Below, one piece after another: positions 6,395-14,406 of a DNA stretch of 46,011 bases. Numbering within the stretch: the first letter of the stretch is position 1; each line of letters starts with the position of its first letter. Source of the stretch: a virus; the IMG/VR virus record IMGVR_UViG_3300020152_000007, positions 1 to 46,011 of that record. One strand, given 5' to 3'. Under the pieces are notes generated by a model. It ran no database searches. It was not told where the DNA came from and was given only the letters and a program-made list of their open reading frames with translations. The position numbers were made by a program, and so were the translations under genes.

Positions 6395-7457
6395 GCCGGA
6401 AGAAACTCGGGTAGTGCCAGTAGAGCCGACAAACGATGAATTTGCCAAGAAAGTTATGGAGCACATTCCTGTACGCGAAAATACAAGGCTATTCAATCCA
6501 CCAACCCACGAGGTAGCCACCCCACAGCAGCAGGAGTTCGTGCAAACAGTACCCGACCACTGCGACCGTATCGTGTGGCGAGGGCACTATTACCACTTAC
6601 CGCTTGCAGCACAGCCACAAGAGGAGCTCGTGGAAGTATGCGCCGAAGCGTATCAGGTGGTCGGCTCCCTGCTTTCTGATGTTGGGGCGCTTGATACTGA
6701 CAAAGCCGAGAAGATACTGGACAATTTAGGTGAACAGCGCATGATTCATAAAGACGTACTCCCTTGGCCCTCGTTTGCGCAGCCGCAAGAGGAGCCGGAG
6801 GCCGAGCTTGGGAACGAAATGAGCCTCGACGATTTCAAAGAACTGCTTACCTCGTACGGAGGTGGCAGGTTTGTCGAGCTTCACTACCGTGGGCACTTAG
6901 CTTTTGGCATACTCGTCGCAGAGATGGCAGAGGGTGATAGTATGCGGCAGGTTGCTGCTGAGATTGTGTCGAAGTTAAACGCAGCCCCGCAGCAGCAAGA
7001 CACTGAGTCCTTACAACCGCAATGGAACAACCTTCCATCTGAGATAAAAGACTGGCATAAGCGTATTGAATCGCGGTTGCAGGGTGAGCCGGTGTTGTAT
7101 GCAAGAAAGAGTGAACTTGCGCAGTTGGAGTTCAAACACATCGAGAGCGAATACATCCTGACAGCGAGCACACGCCAAGACGAGGTGTATGACGCCCCCC
7201 TCTTCACCCAACCACTCACCGCTGACGCCATCTTTAATCAAGGGATAGAGGAAAGCGTGAATCGAGCAGCCGCCTTCGTCGCAAACAATGAGTGTGAGAT
7301 TGACTTGGCTGGACTTGCGCAAGAAATACGTAATGGAAAGCGCCCCACTGATATGGTGACGATAAGCAGGACAAAGTTGGAGGAAGCCTTCTCGGATGAT
7401 GGTGTAAATCTGACTAAGTTGGTAGAGGTTGTCTCCCGCGAACTGGAGGGGAAGTGA
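6375..7457 (+). CDS. Hypothetical protein (360 aa)
   Basis: Track ORF 6327..7457. The ATG at 6375 has AGGAG 7 nt upstream. Third codon positions are visibly more A/T-rich than in flanking genes. Confidence 0.7.
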   Translation: MQQNGDKPEETRVVPVEPTNDEFAKKVMEHIPVRENTRLFNPPTHEVATPQQQEFVQTVPDHCDRIVWRGHYYHLPLAAQPQEELVEVCAEAYQVVGSLLSDVGALDTDKAEKILDNLGEQRMIHKDVLPWPSFAQPQEEPEAELGNEMSLDDFKELLTSYGGGRFVELHYRGHLAFGILVAEMAEGDSMRQVAAEIVSKLNAAPQQQDTESLQPQWNNLPSEIKDWHKRIESRLQGEPVLYARKSELAQLEFKHIESEYILTASTRQDEVYDAPLFTQPLTADAIFNQGIEESVNRAAAFVANNECEIDLAGLAQEIRNGKRPTDMVTISRTKLEEAFSDDGVNLTKLVEVVSRELEGK

Positions 7458-7813
7458 TGAGCATGCATCGTAAGCCATTGACGGACTTGGAACGTGAAGG
7501 GCTAATAGCGCATGGGTTTGAGCGGGACATAGGAAAGCCAAGCATGCTCGCGGATGTATTTAGGCACGGCGTGGCATGGGCGCTCGCAGCGACAGAGAAG
7601 GATGCGGAGCTGTTAAAAGGCCTTCGTCGCCTATGCGGTTACGTGCAGGACGGAAGTGCGGAAACGGTATCAATCTATCAAGACGACGCTACGCGAGACT
7701 GGGGCGTACGAGTCGGGACAGCCTTTACAGGGCGCGACCGCAACTATCACGGGATTTCCTTCGAGGAAGCTCTTGAGGCCGCCTTCAAAAAGGAGCTCCC
7801 TCCCGATGCCTAA
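7454..7813 (+). CDS. Hypothetical protein (119 aa)
   Basis: ORF track; ATGA overlap with the previous gene. Confidence 0.6.
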   Translation: MMSMHRKPLTDLEREGLIAHGFERDIGKPSMLADVFRHGVAWALAATEKDAELLKGLRRLCGYVQDGSAETVSIYQDDATRDWGVRVGTAFTGRDRNYHGISFEEALEAAFKKELPPDA

Positions 7814-8180
7814 CATCCGCAACCGCAAGCGCTACCTCCCCATCGCGCAAGAACTCCGCAAGCGCCTTGAGGCCTACGGCATCAAGACAGAAATAAAAAC
7901 CATCGCCGCGTGGGGGAGCATTTACATTACCTGCGAGGACTCGCGGATGGGCCAAATCCGCATAGGTGACCACGACGAGCGCGACCGCTACGGCTACCGC
8001 TGGCAGGTGCGCACGGACCTTGAGGAGATTGCCATTGACACCTCAAAAGGTCACCGGCGCTTCTTCTACCCACCCTCGGAACTTGCCGCCATGGCCAAGC
8101 GCATGAAACAATACCACATCCGCATTCTGGAGAATGCTCAAAGGGAAGAAATATATGATAAACTCCAAGCCCAAGGGTAA
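7806..8180 (+). CDS. Hypothetical protein (124 aa)
   Basis: Internal ATG of track ORF 7656..8180, with AAGGAG about 9 nt upstream. Confidence 0.6.
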   Translation: MPNIRNRKRYLPIAQELRKRLEAYGIKTEIKTIAAWGSIYITCEDSRMGQIRIGDHDERDRYGYRWQVRTDLEEIAIDTSKGHRRFFYPPSELAAMAKRMKQYHIRILENAQREEIYDKLQAQG

Positions 8181-8424
8181 GCGGGGCTTCGCCTCGATGG
8201 ACCCCGAGAAGCAGCGACAGATTGCCAGCAAAGGTGGGAAGTCGGCACACGCGCTTGGGCTTGCCCACCGCTTCACCAGCGAAGAGGCTCGCGCCGCCGG
8301 CAAGAAGGGCGGGATGAGTTCCGGCTCGCAGCACCGATGGACCCCGGAGGAAGCGCAAGCGGCCGGGCGCAAGGGCGCACTTACCCGTAAAAGAAAACTC
8401 AACCAACGAAAGGACTTAAAATGA
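8155..8424 (+). CDS. KGG-repeat (YciG/general-stress-like) small basic protein
   Basis: RGFASMDPEKQRQIASKGGK, then AAGKKGG and AAGRKGA repeats. Start chosen at MINSKPKGK, so start confidence is lower. Confidence 0.6.
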   Translation: MINSKPKGKRGFASMDPEKQRQIASKGGKSAHALGLAHRFTSEEARAAGKKGGMSSGSQHRWTPEEAQAAGRKGALTRKRKLNQRKDLK

Positions 8425-8948
8425 TAATCCAGAAGCCAGTATACATGCAGCGTTATCCTGACGGCCTGTGGCGAGAGCTACCAGAAGGGGAGTTTCAAGC
8501 CGACAACCCCAACCATTCGCTCTTCTATGAGATGCAGTTTGCCGCTGACGACACCTCCGACCAACTCAATTCCTTCATCGAGTCATGGTATGAGTTCTTC
8601 CGCCAAATCCCCCGCACCATCCACCACCTTAACTTGCGCTGGTGGACCGACAGCAATGGCCGCGACATCCGGCGCAACCCTTACTGCTTCAGCAATAAGC
8701 TGGCGCTAATTCACAGCGAAATATCCGAGGCGCTTGAAGGCGACCGCAAGAACCTCTATGATACGCACCTTCCACAGTTCCCCATGCGTGACGTCGAACT
8801 CGCTGACGCCCTTATCCGTATCCTCGACCTCGCCGAAGCTTACAACATCGACATCGCCAAGGCGACGATTGAAAAGCTTAAATACAACCGACGTCGTGAG
8901 GACCATACGGCTGAGCACCGGGCAACTGCCAACGGAAAGAAGTACTAA
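8421..8948 (+). CDS. MazG-like nucleoside triphosphate pyrophosphohydrolase
   Basis: LIHSEISEALEG ... ELADALIRILDLAE ... KLKYNRRREDH pattern, typical of all-alpha MazG-type NTP-PPases. Confidence 0.65.
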   Translation: MIIQKPVYMQRYPDGLWRELPEGEFQADNPNHSLFYEMQFAADDTSDQLNSFIESWYEFFRQIPRTIHHLNLRWWTDSNGRDIRRNPYCFSNKLALIHSEISEALEGDRKNLYDTHLPQFPMRDVELADALIRILDLAEAYNIDIAKATIEKLKYNRRREDHTAEHRATANGKKY

Positions 8949-8949
8949 C

Positions 8950-9078
8950 GTGGACAAGGGTGCAATTGCGTTTATAAAATTCATAGTAGTTATGATGCTG
9001 CTGATGTCTATTCTCGGGCCGATTTTCGTACTCGCTATGCGCTGGGTAACTTCCTTCCCTGTAACCGGAGGTTGTTAA
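8950..9078 (+). CDS. Possible small membrane protein (42 aa, GTG start)
   Basis: VDKGAIAFIKFIVVMMLLMSILGPIFVLAMRW... fills an otherwise empty gap. Confidence 0.25.
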   Translation: MDKGAIAFIKFIVVMMLLMSILGPIFVLAMRWVTSFPVTGGC

Positions 9079-9079
9079 C

Positions 9080-9268
9080 ATGCTCAGCCTCGGCACACAA
9101 ATCAAGTCGCTTATGGGTTTGCTGGAACTCGATGACTTTACCTCATGGGAAACGGACTTTGTTTCCAGCGTAGCTCGGCAAACCCGCGAGGGGCAGGATA
9201 CAACTCGGCTGACCGAAAAGCAAATTGAGGTTATCGAGCGGCTGCATAAAAAACATTTTGGAGGATAA
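9080..9268 (+). CDS. Hypothetical protein (62 aa)
   Basis: ORF track; GGAGG 9 nt upstream. Confidence 0.6.
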   Translation: MLSLGTQIKSLMGLLELDDFTSWETDFVSSVARQTREGQDTTRLTEKQIEVIERLHKKHFGG

Positions 9269-9269
9269 T

Positions 9270-9647
9270 ATGAGCACACAACCTTTAACCTTGATGAACT
9301 GGAAGACCGACCCGGCCTTCGTGCAGTTTCTCCAGTTCGACTTCGACTTCAACTTCGCCTCCCCCGAGGCCAAGCGGCAGGTGATGACCCTGCTTCCCCT
9401 CGCCGTGGGCGACAACCGGATGCACGGAGCAATCGCCAATGCCGTGTTGAAAGAGGCACTTGACCTGTGGAACCGTCCGCGTGAACGGCACTTCTTCGTC
9501 CGCGAGAATATGCGCTGGCGGTACATCGGCATTGAGCGCTCCATGCATCTCATCCCTGTGAAAGCGCAGTATCGCGTTGGCCGACTCCGCCGCCGACTAT
9601 CCCCTGGCTCATTCTGCCAACAGCCAAGCCACGAAGTTATTGCTTGA
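9270..9647 (+). CDS. Hypothetical protein (125 aa)
   Basis: Internal ATG of track ORF 9225..9647, with GGAGG 6 nt upstream. Confidence 0.6.
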   Translation: MSTQPLTLMNWKTDPAFVQFLQFDFDFNFASPEAKRQVMTLLPLAVGDNRMHGAIANAVLKEALDLWNRPRERHFFVRENMRWRYIGIERSMHLIPVKAQYRVGRLRRRLSPGSFCQQPSHEVIA

Positions 9648-9672
9648 CAAACTGGATACGGGCGCGTAATAT
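9644..9672 (+). promoter_or_regulatory. Sigma70-like promoter
   Basis: TTGACA (9644..9649), 17-nt spacer, TAATAT (9667..9672). Confidence 0.65.
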
Positions 9673-9678
9673 TTTAAT

Positions 9679-9707
9679 GGGACGATGATTAAATTAATGA
9701 CCGTCCC
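9679..9707. promoter_or_regulatory. 29-bp imperfect palindrome, copy 2
   Basis: GGGACGATGATTAAATTAATGACCGTCCC, starting about 7 nt after the -10 (near the predicted transcription start). Confidence 0.85.
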
Positions 9708-9741
9708 AACTCTGAACCTCTACAACTTAAGGAGCTACACC

Positions 9742-10266
9742 ATGAAAGCATCACACATACTCAGCCTCATGCAAAACGACTACACGACCGTTCAGGTTGC
9801 TTACTCCGAGGGCGGCAAACTTTACACCTTCAAGGCACTGAAAAGTGACAACCTCGCGAAGGATGATTTTGTTGTCATCCCAACCAGTTACAACGACTGG
9901 GGCTACACCCTCGGCAAGGTCATCTCCGTCGACGAGGAGGCTGACATCGACACCTCCGTCGCCTACACCTACAAGTGGATTGTTGGCAAGGTCGACCTCG
10001 TCCGCTACGCAGGTATCCTGGAAGTGGAAAAACGCTTTGAGCGCCACATTCTTAATATGCAAAAAGCCAACACGCGCCGGCAGCTGGTACAGTCCGTCCT
10101 CGAAAGCTTTCCTGAGGGTTCAAAGGAACGCGCCGATTTCGAGCTGCTGCTGAACTCCGGCCAAAGTCTTGAACAAATCGAAAGGATGTTAAACAATGGA
10201 ACAAACCTCAACAACGACTCTAACGACGATGCCCCAGGCGCCGGTACTGGGGGTAGCGGAGCTTAA
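9742..10266 (+). CDS. Hypothetical protein (174 aa)
   Basis: Internal ATG of track ORF 9685..10266, with AAGGAG 7 nt upstream. The upstream extension would run through the palindrome. Confidence 0.7.
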   Translation: MKASHILSLMQNDYTTVQVAYSEGGKLYTFKALKSDNLAKDDFVVIPTSYNDWGYTLGKVISVDEEADIDTSVAYTYKWIVGKVDLVRYAGILEVEKRFERHILNMQKANTRRQLVQSVLESFPEGSKERADFELLLNSGQSLEQIERMLNNGTNLNNDSNDDAPGAGTGGSGA

Positions 10267-10477
10267 CGACCTCCGCCGCCGCGTACTCGCCGGCGAGCAA
10301 GTCTCCACCGAGGAACTCGCCGCCGGGATTAAGGCTATTCGCCAAGGCCGCGCCAGTGCAATGGCGGCTAAGGCGAAGGCCCCCGCCAAACGCAAGAAGA
10401 AACTCAGCGAAGAAGAAGCAGAAGCTGAGCTCGACAATCTATTAGGAGGTATTGGCCTTGGACAATCCGAAAAGTAA
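10196..10477 (+). CDS. Hypothetical protein with a Lys/Ala-rich basic segment (93 aa)
   Basis: ORF track. Overlaps the previous gene by 71 nt. An alternative ATG exists at 10229. Confidence 0.5.
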   Translation: MEQTSTTTLTTMPQAPVLGVAELNDLRRRVLAGEQVSTEELAAGIKAIRQGRASAMAAKAKAPAKRKKKLSEEEAEAELDNLLGGIGLGQSEK

Positions 10478-11420
10478 TCTTGAACTCGTTCTCGAGGGGG
10501 GCAAGGCCCCCTTCCCCGAGGTCATCGACAACACCTACCGCGAGGGCTTCACCCTCTGCCACCAAAAGCACTACTGGCAGGCCATCGTCCGCATAACCCC
10601 TGACGTGCCCAACATCCACCTTCATGCCGGGAAGAGTTTCGCCAAGGCTCTCGAAACTACCCGCCGGGAGTTTTATGAAAATGGAAAATCTTCCACCGAA
10701 GCAGTTGCCCTCGGCCATGCCGCCCTCATCCAAGCCTACGGCGACTTCGACGTTATCCACGGATACACTGACCACAACAAGTCCTGCGCCAATATGCTCC
10801 GAGCCTTCGAAGACTATTTCTTCGAGTATTCGCTTGACCATTCAAGCCTTGTACCGGTCACCACAGCAGACGGGAAGCGAGGTATCGAGTTTTCTTTTGC
10901 AATCCCCACTAACGTCTTGCATCCCACAACGGGCAATCCAATACTCTATGCGGGTCGATTCGATATGCTTGGGGAGGATGTGGACCTTCAGTGGGTCGTC
11001 GATGAGAAAACTTCCTCGCAGCTTGGCCAGTCTTGGAACAGTCAGTGGGACCTTAATTCCCAGTTTACGGGCTACTGTATGGCGGCAAGACAATACGGAT
11101 ACCCTGTGGCAGGTGCCATTATCCGTGGAGTTGGCCTTCTTAAGACGAAGATTTCTCATCAGCAAGCTGTCATCTATCGACCTGAATGGATGATTGAGCG
11201 CTGGTGGAACCAACTTCACCGCGACCTCAAAATGATGATTGCCCTTTGGGAAGCGGACGACGGCAAGGGCAGCGCCTACGACTTTGCCCTCGGCGGGGCC
11301 TGCACATCCTACGGCAACTGCACCTTCAAGAATATGTGCATGTCGAACACTCCCCATGACTGGGCGCGAGTTGGCTTCCGGGCGAACGAGTGGAGTCCGT
11401 TGGCCGGCTTCGACCACTAA
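10452..11420 (+). CDS. PD-(D/E)xK exonuclease, Cas4/RecB-like, with a C-terminal Cys cluster
   Basis: GRFDMLGED...VVDEKTSS...QFTGY motifs; Cys at LCHQ plus CTSYGNCTFKNMC; TTG start after AGGAGG. Confidence 0.6.
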   Translation: MALDNPKSNLELVLEGGKAPFPEVIDNTYREGFTLCHQKHYWQAIVRITPDVPNIHLHAGKSFAKALETTRREFYENGKSSTEAVALGHAALIQAYGDFDVIHGYTDHNKSCANMLRAFEDYFFEYSLDHSSLVPVTTADGKRGIEFSFAIPTNVLHPTTGNPILYAGRFDMLGEDVDLQWVVDEKTSSQLGQSWNSQWDLNSQFTGYCMAARQYGYPVAGAIIRGVGLLKTKISHQQAVIYRPEWMIERWWNQLHRDLKMMIALWEADDGKGSAYDFALGGACTSYGNCTFKNMCMSNTPHDWARVGFRANEWSPLAGFDH

Positions 11421-11424
11421 GCCA

Positions 11425-11781
11425 ATGTCGGGTCTTGTCAAAGTTGACGTGTTTTTCGGGGCCGAGTTTATCGGCTCCCTTACCCAATACCACTTCAACA
11501 CCAACAGCGACCGGCCGGCAATACAGAACGGCAGCGTTCTCGGCCTCTGCCCGTTTTGCGGGGAAATCTGGCTTCGGGCCGTCCACGCCGAGGGCCTGCC
11601 GTACTGGCGGACCGTCGAGCTACCTTGTTTAACCCATGCCCACCTGTGGGGGGACCATGCATTCAGGTGGGGCACTTTTGAGCACCTTATCGGGGACATT
11701 ACCGACGCCCCTCATGATGTGCTTTTACTCGAATTCCTCTGGTGGTGCAAGCGCCGGGGAAACAACCTTTTAGGAGATTAG
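11425..11781 (+). CDS. Hypothetical Cys/His-containing protein (118 aa)
   Basis: Internal ATG of track ORF 11239..11781, just after the previous stop; CPFCG...C..H.H. Confidence 0.55.
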   Translation: MSGLVKVDVFFGAEFIGSLTQYHFNTNSDRPAIQNGSVLGLCPFCGEIWLRAVHAEGLPYWRTVELPCLTHAHLWGDHAFRWGTFEHLIGDITDAPHDVLLLEFLWWCKRRGNNLLGD

Positions 11782-11784
11782 AAA

Positions 11785-12081
11785 ATGTTTTCAGCTAGAG
11801 ACTTAGCAGACCCACAAATTTCAGCCGTACCAAGCGCTCGCGGCGAAGTCACCTCAAACATGACCGACATTCAAGAAACAATAAACGCACTGGAAAACCT
11901 TCTGGGAAATCTAGAAGACCGTCTTAAGCCAGTTACTGCGGAGTCCCCGCAAGCTGTCAGTGATGGCATAAAGCCGCCGTCTGGCGATACCCAACTCGGC
12001 TATGCTCTCAACGAAGTTCAGTTCCGCCTTGAAGGTATTCGCGTCCGTATGTTCACTCTGCTGAATTGCTGTCAGCTATAG
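11785..12081 (+). CDS. Hypothetical protein (98 aa)
   Basis: ORF track; AGGAG 8 nt upstream. Confidence 0.6.
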   Translation: MFSARDLADPQISAVPSARGEVTSNMTDIQETINALENLLGNLEDRLKPVTAESPQAVSDGIKPPSGDTQLGYALNEVQFRLEGIRVRMFTLLNCCQL

Positions 12082-12090
12082 AAAAGAGGC

Positions 12091-12119
12091 TTGACACCTG
12101 CATTTAATGGGGATATGAT
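12091..12119 (+). promoter_or_regulatory. Sigma70-like promoter overlapping palindrome copy 3
   Basis: TTGACA (12091..12096), 17-nt spacer, TATGAT (12114..12119). Confidence 0.6.
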
Positions 12120-12137
12120 TTTTTTAATCATCACCCC
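12109..12137. promoter_or_regulatory. 29-bp imperfect palindrome, copy 3
   Basis: GGGGATATGATTTTTTTAATCATCACCCC; contains the -10 hexamer of the 12091 promoter. Confidence 0.8.
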
Positions 12138-12173
12138 ATTACCAGCTACCACTAACCTCAGGAACCAGATACC

Positions 12174-12467
12174 ATGCCAAATACCAAAACCCTTACCGCG
12201 TTTGTATATGCTCATAAATCCGCTTACTCCACCCCTGAAGAGTCGCACTTTATCATGCTCAGCGGCTACCCCATCGACGACCCAAGCTTCATTTTGCTCG
12301 AAACCCGCGACCTCGAGGTGAATGTACCCGAGGAATCCGAACTCATCCCGAAAACAGTTGCTGCCCTTGAGGCGAAAAAGCAAAAGATTCGGGCAGATGC
12401 TCATGTGGAAGTCGAAAAAATCGAAGACCGCATTCAGTCCCTTCTCTACCTAACCCACAAGGAATAA
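12174..12467 (+). CDS. Hypothetical protein (97 aa)
   Basis: ORF track; first gene after promoter/palindrome copy 3. Confidence 0.6.
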   Translation: MPNTKTLTAFVYAHKSAYSTPEESHFIMLSGYPIDDPSFILLETRDLEVNVPEESELIPKTVAALEAKKQKIRADAHVEVEKIEDRIQSLLYLTHKE

Positions 12468-12472
12468 AACCT

Positions 12473-13345
12473 ATGGACGCTTCAACCCAAGCGGCAGCCC
12501 CGACTCCGTCCGAAGACACCGCTATCTACATTCCCGGCCCCAAGACGCTTCTCGTCGGCGGCACCGGCACCGGCAAAACCCACAGCCTCCGGACGCTCGT
12601 CGCCCAAGGGCTCGAGGTCTTTGCCTTATTCACCGAACCCGGCATGGAGGTTGTTGCCGACATCCCGACCGACAAACTCAAGTGGCACTACATCCCCCCG
12701 GCCTCACCCGACTGGGCTGACATGCTGGACAGCGCCACGAAAATCAACTCGATGTCGCTGAAGATGATTTCTGGTATGGAGGACATTAATAAGCGTAAGT
12801 ACCAGGGCTTTATGGATGTTGTTCGGGTACTCGGTAATTTCGTCGACGAGCGCACCGGCCAGTCCTTCGGTCCCGTCGACAAATTCGACGCCAAGCGTGT
12901 TCTCTGGATTGACTCGCTCTCCGGCCTCAACATCCTCGCCATGAACCTCGTTACCGGGAGCAAGCCGGTAAAGTCAATGGCGGACTGGGGTATGGCGATG
13001 GACAACCTCGAGCGGCTCCTCACCAAGCTCTGCGTCGACGTCCCCTGTCCAGTTGTCTTGGTCGCCCATGCTGAGCGCGAAACCGACGAGGTCACCGGCG
13101 GCACAACGCTGATGGCCAGCACCCTCGGTAAGAAGCTCGCCCCCCGCCTCCCCCGTTTCTTCTCCGACGTTATCAATGTCAAGCGGGATGGGGACAAGTT
13201 CACTTGGTCTACGATGACGCACAACATGGACCTTAAGGCTCGCAACATTCCCCTTGCCGACAACCTCGCCCCGACCTTCGAGCCCATCATCAAGGCTTGG
13301 AAGGCCCGGAATGAAGAAGCTCGTAAGGCTCGCAATGGAGGCTAA
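12473..13345 (+). CDS. RecA-fold ATPase, Sak4/AAA_24-like (recombination-associated)
   Basis: Walker A LLVGGTGTGKTHS; Walker B-like VLWIDSLS. Size and position next to an SSB-like gene fit phage Sak4-type modules. Confidence 0.6.
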   Translation: MDASTQAAAPTPSEDTAIYIPGPKTLLVGGTGTGKTHSLRTLVAQGLEVFALFTEPGMEVVADIPTDKLKWHYIPPASPDWADMLDSATKINSMSLKMISGMEDINKRKYQGFMDVVRVLGNFVDERTGQSFGPVDKFDAKRVLWIDSLSGLNILAMNLVTGSKPVKSMADWGMAMDNLERLLTKLCVDVPCPVVLVAHAERETDEVTGGTTLMASTLGKKLAPRLPRFFSDVINVKRDGDKFTWSTMTHNMDLKARNIPLADNLAPTFEPIIKAWKARNEEARKARNGG

Positions 13346-13347
13346 CA

Positions 13348-13569
13348 ATGCAACGCGAAATTGAAGCTACCGTAAGGTTAGTCTATACATGGATTAATCT
13401 CCGACGTCCTGACCTTTGGGTTCGTATACAAGATACAAATCTGGAGCAAGACCGGATTCTGCTTAACCAAGTTACAGGTTGCAATGTCCAGGCGGAAGAC
13501 CCCATAATCTTCGGTATGCTTTCGCATTTACACCGACTTGAGGAGATTTTCGAAAATCGGGTTGATTAG
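13348..13569 (+). CDS. Hypothetical protein (73 aa)
   Basis: ORF track; GGAGG 7 nt upstream; visibly more AT-rich than its neighbours. Confidence 0.55.
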   Translation: MQREIEATVRLVYTWINLRRPDLWVRIQDTNLEQDRILLNQVTGCNVQAEDPIIFGMLSHLHRLEEIFENRVD

Positions 13570-13712
13570 TATTCCAGCGCAGGGTAGAGGCTGTGCTGTG
13601 AACCGGCAGGAAAGTCTGTCACGAGCTTTCGCTGTCCCCGCATCCGGTAAGCGGGATATAACTATAACTTTACTTTTGACGTACCTTAACCATTAACAAG
13701 GAACCATTTACC

Positions 13713-14174
13713 ATGGCAAATGAAGATACCACTTTCAATGTTGACGCTTTTCAGAACGCTCAATTTAGTGATGCAAACTCCACTGAATACGTTCCCGTCC
13801 CTGTCGGCGAGTTCCCTGCCGTCATCGATAAGCAAGCAATTCGTCAAGCCAAGCAGTCCATCATCCTCGATGTAACCTGGAAGATTGACAGCGAAGAAGT
13901 GGCTCGCGAAACCGGCATCGAAAACCCAACCGTTCGTCAGTCCATCTTCCTCGATGTGAACGAAAACGGCAACCTGGAATTCGGCAAGGGCAAGAACGTT
14001 CAGCTCGGCCGACTGCGCGAAGCTCTGGGTCAAAATGTCGCCGGTCAACCCTGGACCTTCTCCCACCTCGTGGGTCAAGTCGCCAAGGTTCGCATCGCTC
14101 ATCGCGCTGATACGACCAGCACTCCTGGCAATACTATCATGCGTGCTGAAGTTGCCGGCGTGACAAAGCTGTAA
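13713..14174 (+). CDS. Putative ssDNA-binding protein (DUF669-like)
   Basis: 153-aa ORF next to the Sak4-like ATPase, followed by a strong terminator. Family assignment rests on context and general sequence character only. Confidence 0.45.
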   Translation: MANEDTTFNVDAFQNAQFSDANSTEYVPVPVGEFPAVIDKQAIRQAKQSIILDVTWKIDSEEVARETGIENPTVRQSIFLDVNENGNLEFGKGKNVQLGRLREALGQNVAGQPWTFSHLVGQVAKVRIAHRADTTSTPGNTIMRAEVAGVTKL

Positions 14175-14200
14175 TTTCGATCAGTTTTTAATCTGTATCA

Positions 14201-14227
14201 AGAAGGGGTTTCGGCCCCTTCTTTTTT
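14201..14227 (+). terminator. Rho-independent terminator
   Basis: AGAAGGGG-tttcgg-CCCCTTCT followed by TTTTT. Confidence 0.85.
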
Positions 14228-14238
14228 CGGAGCATCAT

Positions 14239-14406
14239 ATGTTTCCATCAGTAGTAGAACACCCCACCTACGGGCGGCTGACGGTTAAGTCTGCTGGACA
14301 CTTTCCCGACACAGCCATCGTAACTGACGAATCCGGCAAGGAATTCGAAATCGAAATAAAACACCTGATAAAGGGGACCACAAATGACACCACTCCTCGC
14401 AAGTGA
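14239..14406 (+). CDS. Possible small ORF (55 aa)
   Basis: GGAG 7 nt upstream of the ATG. Hand-translated MFPSVVEHPTYGRLTVKSAGHFPDTAIVTDESGKEFEIEIKHLIKGTTNDTTPRK. Overlaps the next start. Confidence 0.35.
   Translation: MFPSVVEHPTYGRLTVKSAGHFPDTAIVTDESGKEFEIEIKHLIKGTTNDTTPRK

Noticed and set aside
13392-13409. Degenerate half-sites of the palindrome: GGATTAATCTCCGACGTCC at 13392, and TAATCAGCATCACCCC at 37531..37546
   Set aside because: Only one arm is recognisable, each has an indel relative to the consensus, both lie inside CDSs and neither has a partner arm. They may be chance matches or decayed copies.
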